DNA of 64,000 nucleotides from an uncultured Bacilli bacterium (GTDB lineage Bacteria; Bacillota_I; Bacilli_A; RF39; UBA660): NCBI GenBank assembly GCA_947626095.1, contig CANQQV010000003.1, positions 1 to 64,000 of the forward strand, read 5' to 3'. Shown piece by piece: positions 18,985 to 27,826 of this stretch (position 1 is its first letter; each line of letters starts with the position of its first letter). The notes under the pieces were generated by a model. It saw only the letters and a program-made list of their open reading frames with translations, ran no database searches and was not told where the DNA came from. The position numbers and the translations under genes were made by a program.

Positions 18985-19617
18985 CTACTTTATTTTAATT
19001 AAACATTCAATATCTGGATCTATTAATTTCTTAAATTCTTCCCCATCATTCATCCTACCAACTATACTACCATAATGAATTGGTATAACTACTCTTGGTT
19101 TAATAATATTTACCAATAGAGCTGCTTCCTTATAATCACAAGTGAATTTACCACCAATTGGTATTAAAGCAATATCACATTTAACATTCTTAGCTTCTGG
19201 TGTTACATCCATATCTCCCGCTACATAAATTCGTTCATTATTAATATTTATAATATAACCAACATAATTCTTGTTTCGTGGATGAAATAATTTATTAATA
19301 TTATAACTAGGTATCGTTTCAACATCTATATTCTCAATGTTATAGTTTTCATTAGGATCTACCCCAATAACACTACGTGTACTAATTCCCTTACCTAATA
19401 GTTCAGGTACAATACTATTAGGAGCTACAATCAAAGTTTCATCCTTTTTTACTTTATTAATAGAATCATAATCTAAATGATCATAATGATCATGCGTAAT
19501 AAAGATTACATCTGCATCATGACTATCTTCTTCTATTTTAAATGGATCAAAATAAATTATTTTATCTCCAACTATTTTAATACTACTTTGCGTATTAACA
19601 TATATATTATTTTCCAT
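18985..19617 (-). CDS. MBL-fold metallo-hydrolase
   Basis: THDHYDH, FHP, AGD and IPIHYG. Confidence 0.9.
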   Translation of the reverse strand: MENNIYVNTQSSIKIVGDKIIYFDPFKIEEDSHDADVIFITHDHYDHLDYDSINKVKKDETLIVAPNSIVPELLGKGISTRSVIGVDPNENYNIENIDVETIPSYNINKLFHPRNKNYVGYIININNERIYVAGDMDVTPEAKNVKCDIALIPIGGKFTCDYKEAALLVNIIKPRVVIPIHYGSIVGRMNDGEEFKKLIDPDIECLIKIK

Positions 19618-20263
19618 ATTCTTTACTCCATTCTTTTTCTTTTATTTTATTAATTCTTAAAAACTCTTTTCTAAATAGTTCATCATCATAAATTATTTTA
19701 TTTAAATTTTCTAAATACTTCATATATTCTAAATCTTTAAAATACATTTTATCAACTGCATATCCATTCTTTCCAAATTTACTTTGTAAATGTTCTTGAG
19801 ATTCTCTAATAAGTTCATCTAAAGATAATCCCAGATTATGTTTTAAACTATAAGCATACGTCCTTTTAAATGGTTCATCTAATGTTGTATTACGATCAGC
19901 TGATGAAACTATCTTACCATATACAGAACGTGGCTCATTGTCACTAGAAGCTCTGTGATCTTCAATTGCTTCTGCCATAACTTTAATTTCATCTTCTGTA
20001 AACCATTTAACTAAATTCTTATCATTTCTTAACATTTCTGCTGATAAAACTTCATGCCTTTTATGATCAATATGATGAGCTACATCATGATAATAAGCTA
20101 TCGTATAAACCATATCTAAATTAATATCTTCTACTTCTTTAGCAAAATTTAGGCTACGACGAATAACATAATTAATATGTTCCATATTATGTCCTAAATC
20201 ATTTTTATTATTTTCAATACTTATATTTTCTTCTAAATACTTTTTTAAATCATTATTAATCAT
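19607..20263 (-). CDS. HD-domain phosphohydrolase
   Basis: GHNMEH, YHDVAH, IEDHRAS and SADR. Confidence 0.88.
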   Translation of the reverse strand: MINNDLKKYLEENISIENNKNDLGHNMEHINYVIRRSLNFAKEVEDINLDMVYTIAYYHDVAHHIDHKRHEVLSAEMLRNDKNLVKWFTEDEIKVMAEAIEDHRASSDNEPRSVYGKIVSSADRNTTLDEPFKRTYAYSLKHNLGLSLDELIRESQEHLQSKFGKNGYAVDKMYFKDLEYMKYLENLNKIIYDDELFRKEFLRINKIKEKEWSKEYGK

Positions 20264-20317
20264 ACTATCATCTCTTTTGTATTATACCATAAATTCATTT
20301 TATAAAAAAAAGAAACC

Positions 20318-20698
20318 CTATGCTTCACTAAAGATAAAAGGATTTCCTTCTAATAAATTAACTAATTCTTCATTAGTATAATGATGTTCTAACTTATAAT
20401 CTTCAATATCAAAATCATCTAAGTCTAAAAGATAAGGATTAGTATCAAATAAAATATTTAAATCATTTAACCCAATACTTAATAATTCATTAATTAATCC
20501 TACTACATCTTCCTTTGTACGTGATAAATAATTCGGATTACTAATTAAGATATTTTTAATCATTCTCGTATCACATTTAATTAAATATAAAATATCAATT
20601 AAAATATTTAATTCTGGCTCATCTAAGATATTTTTATTTAATTCCAACATACTTTTTAATTCTTCTTCACTAATTCCAAGTTCAACTAACTTTTCCAT
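20318..20698 (-). CDS. Small acidic mTERF-like repeat protein
   Basis: LVELGISEEELKSML, ILISNPNYL, LLSIGL..LFDTNPYLL and LEGNPFIF resemble the repeat of the upstream gene. Overlaps that gene by 17 nt. Confidence 0.5.
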   Translation of the reverse strand: MEKLVELGISEEELKSMLELNKNILDEPELNILIDILYLIKCDTRMIKNILISNPNYLSRTKEDVVGLINELLSIGLNDLNILFDTNPYLLDLDDFDIEDYKLEHHYTNEELVNLLEGNPFIFSEA

Positions 20699-21914
20699 AT
20701 GTTTGCTCCTTATATTTTTTATAATCGTAAATCTGTATTAGTTCACCCTTAGTCACATGAAAACGCTTTTTAAAATATGGTTCATCACTAAATAGTAAGT
20801 AATAATCATCACTAGTTGGTGTTAAATCTTTACTCTTTAAAAATTCATATCTAGCATAAGTTACACTAACACTCTGCATTAACTGTTTAGGGTCATTTGT
20901 CACAACCTCTTTTAAGTTAATACTAATTAAATATTTTATTTTATCTTCAATGTTTTGTAAACTAAAACCGAATAAACCAGGAAAAATAGTTAACATATTT
21001 ATAGCTTGTTCTTTAGTTATATCAAAACTCATTAAATCCTTAATTCTTTTTTGCATACGTGTCTTTTTATAAGTATAAATAGCTGGATGCATATAAGTCA
21101 TTCTTAAAATACTATCTTTATCAAAACCTAAACTAATAAGTTCGTCTATCTTATCTTTTAAGGTCGCACTACTATATCCAAATAAAGCCGGACTTTTATA
21201 AAATAACCTTAATACTTGTTTTCTCGTATAGCCTAACTTTATTGCTTCATCAATTTTTATATCTAAAGTTTCTTTTGAATAACCAAAAACCGCTGGATTT
21301 AATTTACCTATTTTATGGGCTTGTTCTTTTGTATAACCTAAAGTTTCTAAATCTAACAAAGCCTGCTCCATATTCGGTAAACTATAAACAAATAATTTCG
21401 GAATATTACGTGTCATTTTAATCATATCTTTACGCGTATATCCAAGTGACATTATTTCCTTTTGTCTATTAGCAACAGTCTCTTTACTATAACTTAATAA
21501 ATTACCACTACTAGCCATCATTTTTAATGCTTCTTTTTTACTATAACCTAATTCTTTTAAATTTAAAAGTTTATTTTCGATATTCTTCTTTGCTAAACAA
21601 AAAGTTTCTGAAAAAGAGATAATAAGCCTAATAACATCTTGATCACTAAAACCAATCGTCTTTAAATCTTTAATTTTTTGTTCTAGATTAGCTACTGTTA
21701 AACCATATATGTTAGGAGCAAAACAAATCATCTTAATAATTGTTTCTCTAGGTATTTGTAATCCTTCTAAGAATAAATTATTTTCTTTAGCATGTTTTAA
21801 TAGTGTTTCTTCCTTACTGCCTTGTAAAATTAACGGTTTAACTATATTTATACTTTGTTCATAAGTATATCCATAAGCTATTAAATAATCTATTAATTCA
21901 GAGTTATTAGCCAT
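20682..21914 (-). CDS. mTERF-like helical repeat protein (about 8 repeats of 35 aa)
   Basis: Periodic L..LGY.K......M....P.LF.YS...L..KI.. units. C-terminal TYARYEFL and LFSDEPYFKKRF. Confidence 0.7.
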   Translation of the reverse strand: MANNSELIDYLIAYGYTYEQSINIVKPLILQGSKEETLLKHAKENNLFLEGLQIPRETIIKMICFAPNIYGLTVANLEQKIKDLKTIGFSDQDVIRLIISFSETFCLAKKNIENKLLNLKELGYSKKEALKMMASSGNLLSYSKETVANRQKEIMSLGYTRKDMIKMTRNIPKLFVYSLPNMEQALLDLETLGYTKEQAHKIGKLNPAVFGYSKETLDIKIDEAIKLGYTRKQVLRLFYKSPALFGYSSATLKDKIDELISLGFDKDSILRMTYMHPAIYTYKKTRMQKRIKDLMSFDITKEQAINMLTIFPGLFGFSLQNIEDKIKYLISINLKEVVTNDPKQLMQSVSVTYARYEFLKSKDLTPTSDDYYLLFSDEPYFKKRFHVTKGELIQIYDYKKYKEQTYGKVS

Positions 21915-21947
21915 TATACCCCTCCACTCTATACTTCAAATAAAATA

Positions 21948-22586
21948 TTAAACTTTAGTAAAATGTGAACGATCCGCTCCACATAATGGACAAACAAAAT
22001 CATCAGGTAATTCTTCATCAGTTTCTATTACATAACCACATAAATCACAAACATATTTATATTTACCTTTACTTTTTGTTTCTTCTACTTCTTCATAAGT
22101 TGGTGCCTTTTTAGGTGCTTTACCTTTTATTACTTCATGATAATAACGATAAGTCATTTCTTTTTCATCATTATATTTCTTTGTATCAACCACACGCGCA
22201 ATAATTATATCATGAGTCTTAGCATCAAAAATATTTTCTACTTCACAAACTAAGTAACCACATACTCCTTCAGTAATTACTTTTATATTATCAATCACAT
22301 CATATTTATAATCTTTAAATTTATCCGTCTCTTTAGATGTAGTAAAACCAAAAGTCGAAATAATATTAGGATTTATTTTTTCATTTATTATTGCTACCAC
22401 AAATTTACGAGCTTTTCTAATTATTTCATTAGTATAATTTTCTTTATTTAAACTAATTGATACTAATGGTCCTTCACTCGTTACCTGTGTTAAAGTATTT
22501 ATAACACAACCTGCATCAACGCCTTCATTATTACTACTTACAAGATATACCCCATAACTTATATTTCTTAAAATTTTTGTATCCAT
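21948..22586 (-). CDS. Flavin reductase-rubredoxin fusion (high-molecular-weight rubredoxin)
   Basis: ISYGVYLVS, GCVINT, THDIII, MTYRYYHEVIKGKAPK and C-terminal CDLCGY...CPLCG. Confidence 0.9.
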   Translation of the reverse strand: MDTKILRNISYGVYLVSSNNEGVDAGCVINTLTQVTSEGPLVSISLNKENYTNEIIRKARKFVVAIINEKINPNIISTFGFTTSKETDKFKDYKYDVIDNIKVITEGVCGYLVCEVENIFDAKTHDIIIARVVDTKKYNDEKEMTYRYYHEVIKGKAPKKAPTYEEVEETKSKGKYKYVCDLCGYVIETDEELPDDFVCPLCGADRSHFTKV

Positions 22587-22613
22587 AAATACCCTCCATA
22601 TATTACTAATTAT

Positions 22614-22631
22614 ATCATAAAATTTTATGAT
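22614..22631. promoter_or_regulatory. Perfect 18-bp palindrome overlapping the extended -10 of the flavin reductase-rubredoxin gene
   Basis: ATCATAAAATTTTATGAT, abutting TGaTATAAT on the minus strand. Confidence 0.45.
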
Positions 22632-22845
22632 TTTTTTGTCTTTTATTTTAAGACAAAAAAATAGTTTTAAAGCCTTATTTTCAGCTAAAAAACTATTTTA
22701 ATAAAAAAGGTCGATTTCGCTTTACTTTAGCAAAAATTTGTACTAAATTAAAGCATGACACATTTGGCAGATGCCTTTCCTTTAGGGTTATCTAAATTCA
22801 TCCTTTATGGGGGTTTTGGATTACCTTTTTAAAGGCGGTGATTAT

Positions 22846-22923
22846 ATGATTAAATTAATAAATAAACTTATTAATCTCATATTTATCCTTTTATTCGTAA
22901 TAATATTTTTATTATTTAGATAA
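22846..22923 (+). CDS. Small hydrophobic peptide MIKLINKLINLIFILLFVIIFLLFR (25 aa), putative type I toxin
   Basis: SD AAAGGCGGTG 5 nt before ATG, single TM-like segment, structured 5' UTR and a convergent structured RNA. Not in the ORF track. Confidence 0.65.
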   Translation: MIKLINKLINLIFILLFVIIFLLFR

Positions 22924-23020
22924 AAAAGGCATCTCTCTAAGGTTACTTAGAGCGGATGTCCAACCTTGGAAGGACATTTGGCAACAACAAATGTGTCATT
23001 TTTTATGACTTTCCTTCTCT
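22922..23020 (-). ncRNA. Structured small RNA, copy 1 (putative antitoxin)
   Basis: Extended -10 TGcTATAAT (TATAAT at 23027-23032), three-way junction core 22969-23017, then a terminator hairpin with U6. Confidence 0.65.
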
Positions 23021-23058
23021 ATTTTTATTATAGCATATAAGATAATTTTTTAAAACAA

Positions 23059-24270
23059 TTATTTTAGGTATTTAATTGTAAATGTTGTTCCTTTATTTAG
23101 TTCTGATTCAACGGTAATATAGCCATTATTTTTTTCAATAATTGTTTTTGCTAATGATAAACCGATACCTATGCTATCTTTGTTAGAATTTTCACCTTTA
23201 TAAAATCTTTTAAAAATATTTTTTAAATCTTTTTCACTCATTCCTGTTCCATAATCCGTAATAACTATTTTAGTAAATAAATCATTTGTGGTATAAACTA
23301 TATCAATCTCACCATTCTCTTTCGAATGCTCTAGACAATTTTTTAATATATTAGTTAAAGCTTCAACTTGCCATTTATAGTCACAATTAATTATAGATGA
23401 TTTCGAACCATCTATCTTAATTTTAATATTTTTTAAATCACAAATAGCATCAACGTTACTCACAACTTCATCTATCATTTTTCTTACTTTAACACTTTCA
23501 TTTTTGTAAGTAATCGCATTAGCATCAAACCTCGATAAAGTAAGTAAAGATTGAATCAAAAAAGTAATATTACTAATTTTATGACGAATATTAAGAAGTA
23601 AACTTTCCTTTTCTTTCGATGTTAAATTATCATTTTCAATTAAGTTATCAAGCATTAGATTTATGGATGTTAAAGGTGTTTTAATTTGATGAGAAATATC
23701 GCTTAAAGAATCTTTTAATAATTCTTTATCTTTTTTAGATAATCTTTCTTTTTCATTTAAAATAACCGCCGTTTTATATAATTCATTTTTTAATAATGAT
23801 AATTCATCTTCTTTATTAGTATCAATATTTAAGGAATAATTTTTGTTATTAATTTCTTGTAAGTAATTTAATAGTTTTCCAATATTTTTTGCTTTGTGAT
23901 ACTGATATATTTTAATGATAGAAATAATGATAATAGAAAAGATTAATAAAGTTATTAGATTGCTAATTATTATTTGTTTAGTAATGGTTTGATTAGCCAC
24001 ACTTATGGCGTTATCTTTTAGTTCAATACCATATTTAGTTAAAATATCTTGTTTATTTAAATCTTGAGCATTTAAAGATTTTATTATTTCTTCTTCTGAT
24101 ATTTCTGGATACTCTTCTTTAACATTATTAATGATATGAGAAATAATAATATTTTCATTAGTATTATACTTTTGTAATAAATTAACCGTTATTAAAGAAT
24201 TTATAACTAAAGTTATAAGTGAAATTAGTATTATAATAATTATAGTTTTTTTAAATGTTTTATCTTTCAT
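23059..24270 (-). CDS. Sensor histidine kinase
   Basis: Two TMs, DISHQIKTPLT, NILKNCLEH, DYGTGM, FKRFYKG and GIGLSLAK. Confidence 0.95.
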   Translation of the reverse strand: MKDKTFKKTIIIIILISLITLVINSLITVNLLQKYNTNENIIISHIINNVKEEYPEISEEEIIKSLNAQDLNKQDILTKYGIELKDNAISVANQTITKQIIISNLITLLIFSIIIISIIKIYQYHKAKNIGKLLNYLQEINNKNYSLNIDTNKEDELSLLKNELYKTAVILNEKERLSKKDKELLKDSLSDISHQIKTPLTSINLMLDNLIENDNLTSKEKESLLLNIRHKISNITFLIQSLLTLSRFDANAITYKNESVKVRKMIDEVVSNVDAICDLKNIKIKIDGSKSSIINCDYKWQVEALTNILKNCLEHSKENGEIDIVYTTNDLFTKIVITDYGTGMSEKDLKNIFKRFYKGENSNKDSIGIGLSLAKTIIEKNNGYITVESELNKGTTFTIKYLK

Positions 24271-24910
24271 CCGAATCAATCCTATAACCTATTCCTTTAA
24301 GAGTAATTATTATATCTGTTTGTAATTTTTCCCTAATTCTTTTTAGATAAACAGTTACTGTATTATCATTTACATCATTACCGGTCCATTGCCATATACT
24401 ATCAATAATATTCTCTCTAGTAACAACTTTATTTAAATTAGTAAACAATAATAAAAGTATTTTTAATTCTAAATTAGTCAATTTAACTTCTTTATTATTT
24501 TTATATACGGTCATTTTATCAAGATCAAAAGTTATATCTTTTACTTTTATAACATTATTTTTTTCTTTATGTAAGATGATTTTATTTAATCTTAATAATA
24601 ACTCTTTAGCATGGAATGGTTTAGTAACATAATCATCAGCACCAAGTTCTAAAGATTTAATGATTGTTTCTTCATCATCTTTAGCAGTTAAGAAAATAGT
24701 TGGAATACTTTTTTTACTTATCTCTTTTTCATAATAATCTAAGCCATTACCATCAGGTAAAGTAATATCTAAAATAAGGGCATCATAATTATTATTTAAA
24801 TCGATACCTTTTAGATTAGAGGCAGTATCAACTTGGTAATCATTTTCTTTTAAAAATAAAGAAAGATTACTAGATATATCTTGATCATCTTCAATGATTA
24901 ATACTTTCAT
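24260..24910 (-). CDS. OmpR-family response regulator
   Basis: IIEDD, LDITLPDGNG, GADDYVTKPF and winged-helix TVTVYLKRIREKL...GIGYR. Confidence 0.95.
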   Translation of the reverse strand: MKVLIIEDDQDISSNLSLFLKENDYQVDTASNLKGIDLNNNYDALILDITLPDGNGLDYYEKEISKKSIPTIFLTAKDDEETIIKSLELGADDYVTKPFHAKELLLRLNKIILHKEKNNVIKVKDITFDLDKMTVYKNNKEVKLTNLELKILLLLFTNLNKVVTRENIIDSIWQWTGNDVNDNTVTVYLKRIREKLQTDIIITLKGIGYRIDSDER

Positions 24911-24939
24911 TTTAGACCTCCTCTACTTTATTTTTAGAT

Positions 24940-25040
24940 AAAAAAACATCTGAATTAGCTTAGCTAATAAACAGATGTCCTTACAACGGAAGGACATTTG
25001 GAGAAAGCAAATGTGTCATTTTTTATGACTTTCCTTCACT
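24940..25040 (-). ncRNA. Structured RNA, copy 2 (leader/attenuator of the two-component operon or orphan sRNA)
   Basis: Core 24989-25037 is 45/49 identical to copy 1. It has its own TGaTATAAT (TATAAT at 25046-25051) and terminator ACATCTG...CAGATGT followed by a U-tract, upstream of the regulator SD. Confidence 0.65.
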
Positions 25041-25069
25041 ATTAAATTATATCATAAAGATAAATTATT

Positions 25070-27817
25070 TTAAATATTTTCCTTACGAATAGTTTCAATA
25101 ATATTTTGTTTTTTAGTTTTATTTAATGAGTATCTTATAATGATAACTATAATAACGCTTATAGCAATTACTGCTATAATCATTGAAAGATACGGTACAT
25201 GATATGGAATCTCCGCTTTAGAATAATAATTATCATCCATAAATTTATTATATATTACATAAGATGATAACCAACCTATAATTAAACCAATTACTAAAGA
25301 TTCAATACCAATAAAGATACTTTCTAAACTAATCATTTTATTAAATTCTTTATTACTCATCCCAACACTTTTTAACATAGCAAATTCTTTCTGACGCATT
25401 TCAATTGAAGTTGTTATTGTATTAAAGACATTAGTTATACTAATTAATAAAACAATAATTATAAAGCTATATAAAAAGATATTTACAACCATAATTGTCC
25501 CTTTTACATTTTTAAAATCTTGCTCGTAATTATTTAAATAATATATCGCACTAGGACCTAAGATCTCTTTTATTTCTTTTTCAGTCGTACTAGGATCTTT
25601 TGAATTTATAAAAATTCTATAGTCCTTAACAGTTGGATATAATTTATCAAATAATTCATCACTTAATATCAAAGCTGAATTATTTTGTTTGTCAAAATAA
25701 GAATTTAATCCTAAAGGTAATACTTTATTTTTTAGAGTCATATTTAGAATATGACCTATTTCTATTGGATAAGAAATAGTTAAATCCGTCGGTTCTGTTT
25801 CACAGTCAAATTCATCGGGATAAATAGTTATTTTATCTCCGATTCCATAATCTAACTCGTGATAATAATGTCTTACTTCTTTCTTTGTTTTGGGATTATA
25901 TGATTTAAAAATAATTGAATCTATTAATATCGCTTTATCTTTCATATCTTCATATTTTAAACCTAATTTTTTAATATAACGTTTATATTCATCTTCTCCG
26001 ACTTTAAAAGCCATTATACTTTTACGATTATTAATACTATTGTTGCATTTATAATCCGAAAACATATAATCTTGATGATAATAATTTTCATATTCTTCAC
26101 TAACTGGATAATTAATTACATATACCGAATATGTCGTAATCTTAGAATACTCTTTAATCGAATCTAAAGCATACACTTCATCAATATTTTCCATTTCAGA
26201 TTGTTCGATACTTAACAACATATTGTAATTAATATCATATTCACTTAAATAAGCATCATATAATAAATTTACAAAATATGATACAGAAATAAATAAAATA
26301 AGACAGATAACTAAAGAAATAATTGTTGGACGATATTTTTTTCTATTCCTTCTTAAATTTTTATACGATATATTACCTCCAACACCAAATAGTTTAGTTA
26401 TTATCGATGGAACTTTTAAACTACCCTTTTTTATCTTTATATTTTCATTATTACGAATTGCTTCGATAGGATTTAATTTAGATGCTTTAAAGGCACTTCT
26501 TAAAGATGATAAGAAAACAGTTATAATACTAAGAATTATAGCTAAAATAACAAATTCAATTGATACATGAAAGATAATATTGGCATTATATACATCTTTT
26601 AAAACATTATTATTAATTGTCAGTAATAGATAAGAAAGGCCATAACCAGCTAATAAACCTATTGGAATACTTGCTAGACATAACAATAAAGCTTCATAGT
26701 AAATTGAATGTCTAATTTGTTTTTTAGTCGCTCCAATACTTGATAACATTCCATATTGACGAACTTTTTCGGTTACGGAAATATCAAAACTATTTTTAAT
26801 ACATAAAATAGAAGTTATGATAATGATTAGAGCAATCACCGCACATATTGCCGCTATTGGTTTTAAATCTGGATTCTTAAACCAATTAGTTTCAATTGTA
26901 ATTAAATTACCATTATAATACGGAACATACTTAACTTCATTAAAGAAATCTTGATACTCTTTTTTAAAAAAGTCCCTAAACTTAAATACAATATCTTCAC
27001 TTTTATTTAAAATATCTTCATATTTATTTAAATCATAATTAATAAGATAAGCCGTTACTTCATTTTGTTTTCTTAAACCTTTTTTAGTATATCTAACAAA
27101 TAAATTATAATTACCATTTAAATTATCTTCTTCAAGTTTAGTTAGATGAATATAACCATATATATCATCAATGTTATTCATAGTTCCAGTATAAATTCCA
27201 ACAATTTTATATGTCGTAGGTGTTCTATTAATAATATTATAATCTATTTTCATTTCTTCTTCTGAATAAGGAATTACCCTAGCACCAGAAGCATTTAGAT
27301 CATTAGCAACTTTATAGTCATCATAAAAATGTTTATCTTCTAAAGTGCCTAAATCATAAGTTATTTCATCACCTATTTTATATTTATGATCTTTATATAT
27401 TGTTGCTCGTGAATCTAAAATAATTTCATGACTATTTTGTGGTAAACGCCCACTTACTAATTTAATTCCTAAGTTATTAAATGCGTCTTCACTTAAAGCT
27501 TTTACTTCAACAAAATAAATATATTTACGTTCATCTAGATTATCAGTATAACCAAGATGCTTAGTTAAATAAATCTTTTCAATATTACGATTTTCTTGAA
27601 AATATTTTAAATCACTACTAGGAACATCTTCAAAATAATAATGAAAATCACCATATTCTTCGATTGTTGCTTTAGTCATAGTTGCTTTAAGACTACTAAA
27701 AATATTAGCTACTGCTGTAATTAAAGCAACTGATAGAATAATTCCTAAAATAGTTACTCGAGTTCTTTTTTTATTTAATTTTAAATTCTTAAGAGTAAGT
27801 TTGTTTAATAAAGACAT
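25070..27817 (-). CDS. ABC transporter permease (FtsX/MacB-like, two permease modules)
   Basis: KNSFDISVTEKVRQYGMLSSIGAT and RQKEFAMLKSVGM, with large extracellular loops. Confidence 0.9.
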   Translation of the reverse strand: MSLLNKLTLKNLKLNKKRTRVTILGIILSVALITAVANIFSSLKATMTKATIEEYGDFHYYFEDVPSSDLKYFQENRNIEKIYLTKHLGYTDNLDERKYIYFVEVKALSEDAFNNLGIKLVSGRLPQNSHEIILDSRATIYKDHKYKIGDEITYDLGTLEDKHFYDDYKVANDLNASGARVIPYSEEEMKIDYNIINRTPTTYKIVGIYTGTMNNIDDIYGYIHLTKLEEDNLNGNYNLFVRYTKKGLRKQNEVTAYLINYDLNKYEDILNKSEDIVFKFRDFFKKEYQDFFNEVKYVPYYNGNLITIETNWFKNPDLKPIAAICAVIALIIIITSILCIKNSFDISVTEKVRQYGMLSSIGATKKQIRHSIYYEALLLCLASIPIGLLAGYGLSYLLLTINNNVLKDVYNANIIFHVSIEFVILAIILSIITVFLSSLRSAFKASKLNPIEAIRNNENIKIKKGSLKVPSIITKLFGVGGNISYKNLRRNRKKYRPTIISLVICLILFISVSYFVNLLYDAYLSEYDINYNMLLSIEQSEMENIDEVYALDSIKEYSKITTYSVYVINYPVSEEYENYYHQDYMFSDYKCNNSINNRKSIMAFKVGEDEYKRYIKKLGLKYEDMKDKAILIDSIIFKSYNPKTKKEVRHYYHELDYGIGDKITIYPDEFDCETEPTDLTISYPIEIGHILNMTLKNKVLPLGLNSYFDKQNNSALILSDELFDKLYPTVKDYRIFINSKDPSTTEKEIKEILGPSAIYYLNNYEQDFKNVKGTIMVVNIFLYSFIIIVLLISITNVFNTITTSIEMRQKEFAMLKSVGMSNKEFNKMISLESIFIGIESLVIGLIIGWLSSYVIYNKFMDDNYYSKAEIPYHVPYLSMIIAVIAISVIIVIIIRYSLNKTKKQNIIETIRKENI

Positions 27818-27826
27818 ATTAATCAC

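Noticed and set aside
22969-23017. Assignment of the three-way-junction RNA to a known riboswitch (purine, c-di-GMP, TPP) or tRNA
   Set aside because: It lacks the conserved junction/loop nucleotides I know for those classes and has no T-loop or CCA. Left unassigned pending an Rfam search.
24894-24941. 15-aa plus-strand ORF MINTFILDLLYFIFR ending at the same FR-stop position relative to RNA copy 2 as the putative toxin does to copy 1
   Set aside because: It has no SD or structured leader and overlaps the response-regulator start antisense. At most a remnant, so not called as a gene.
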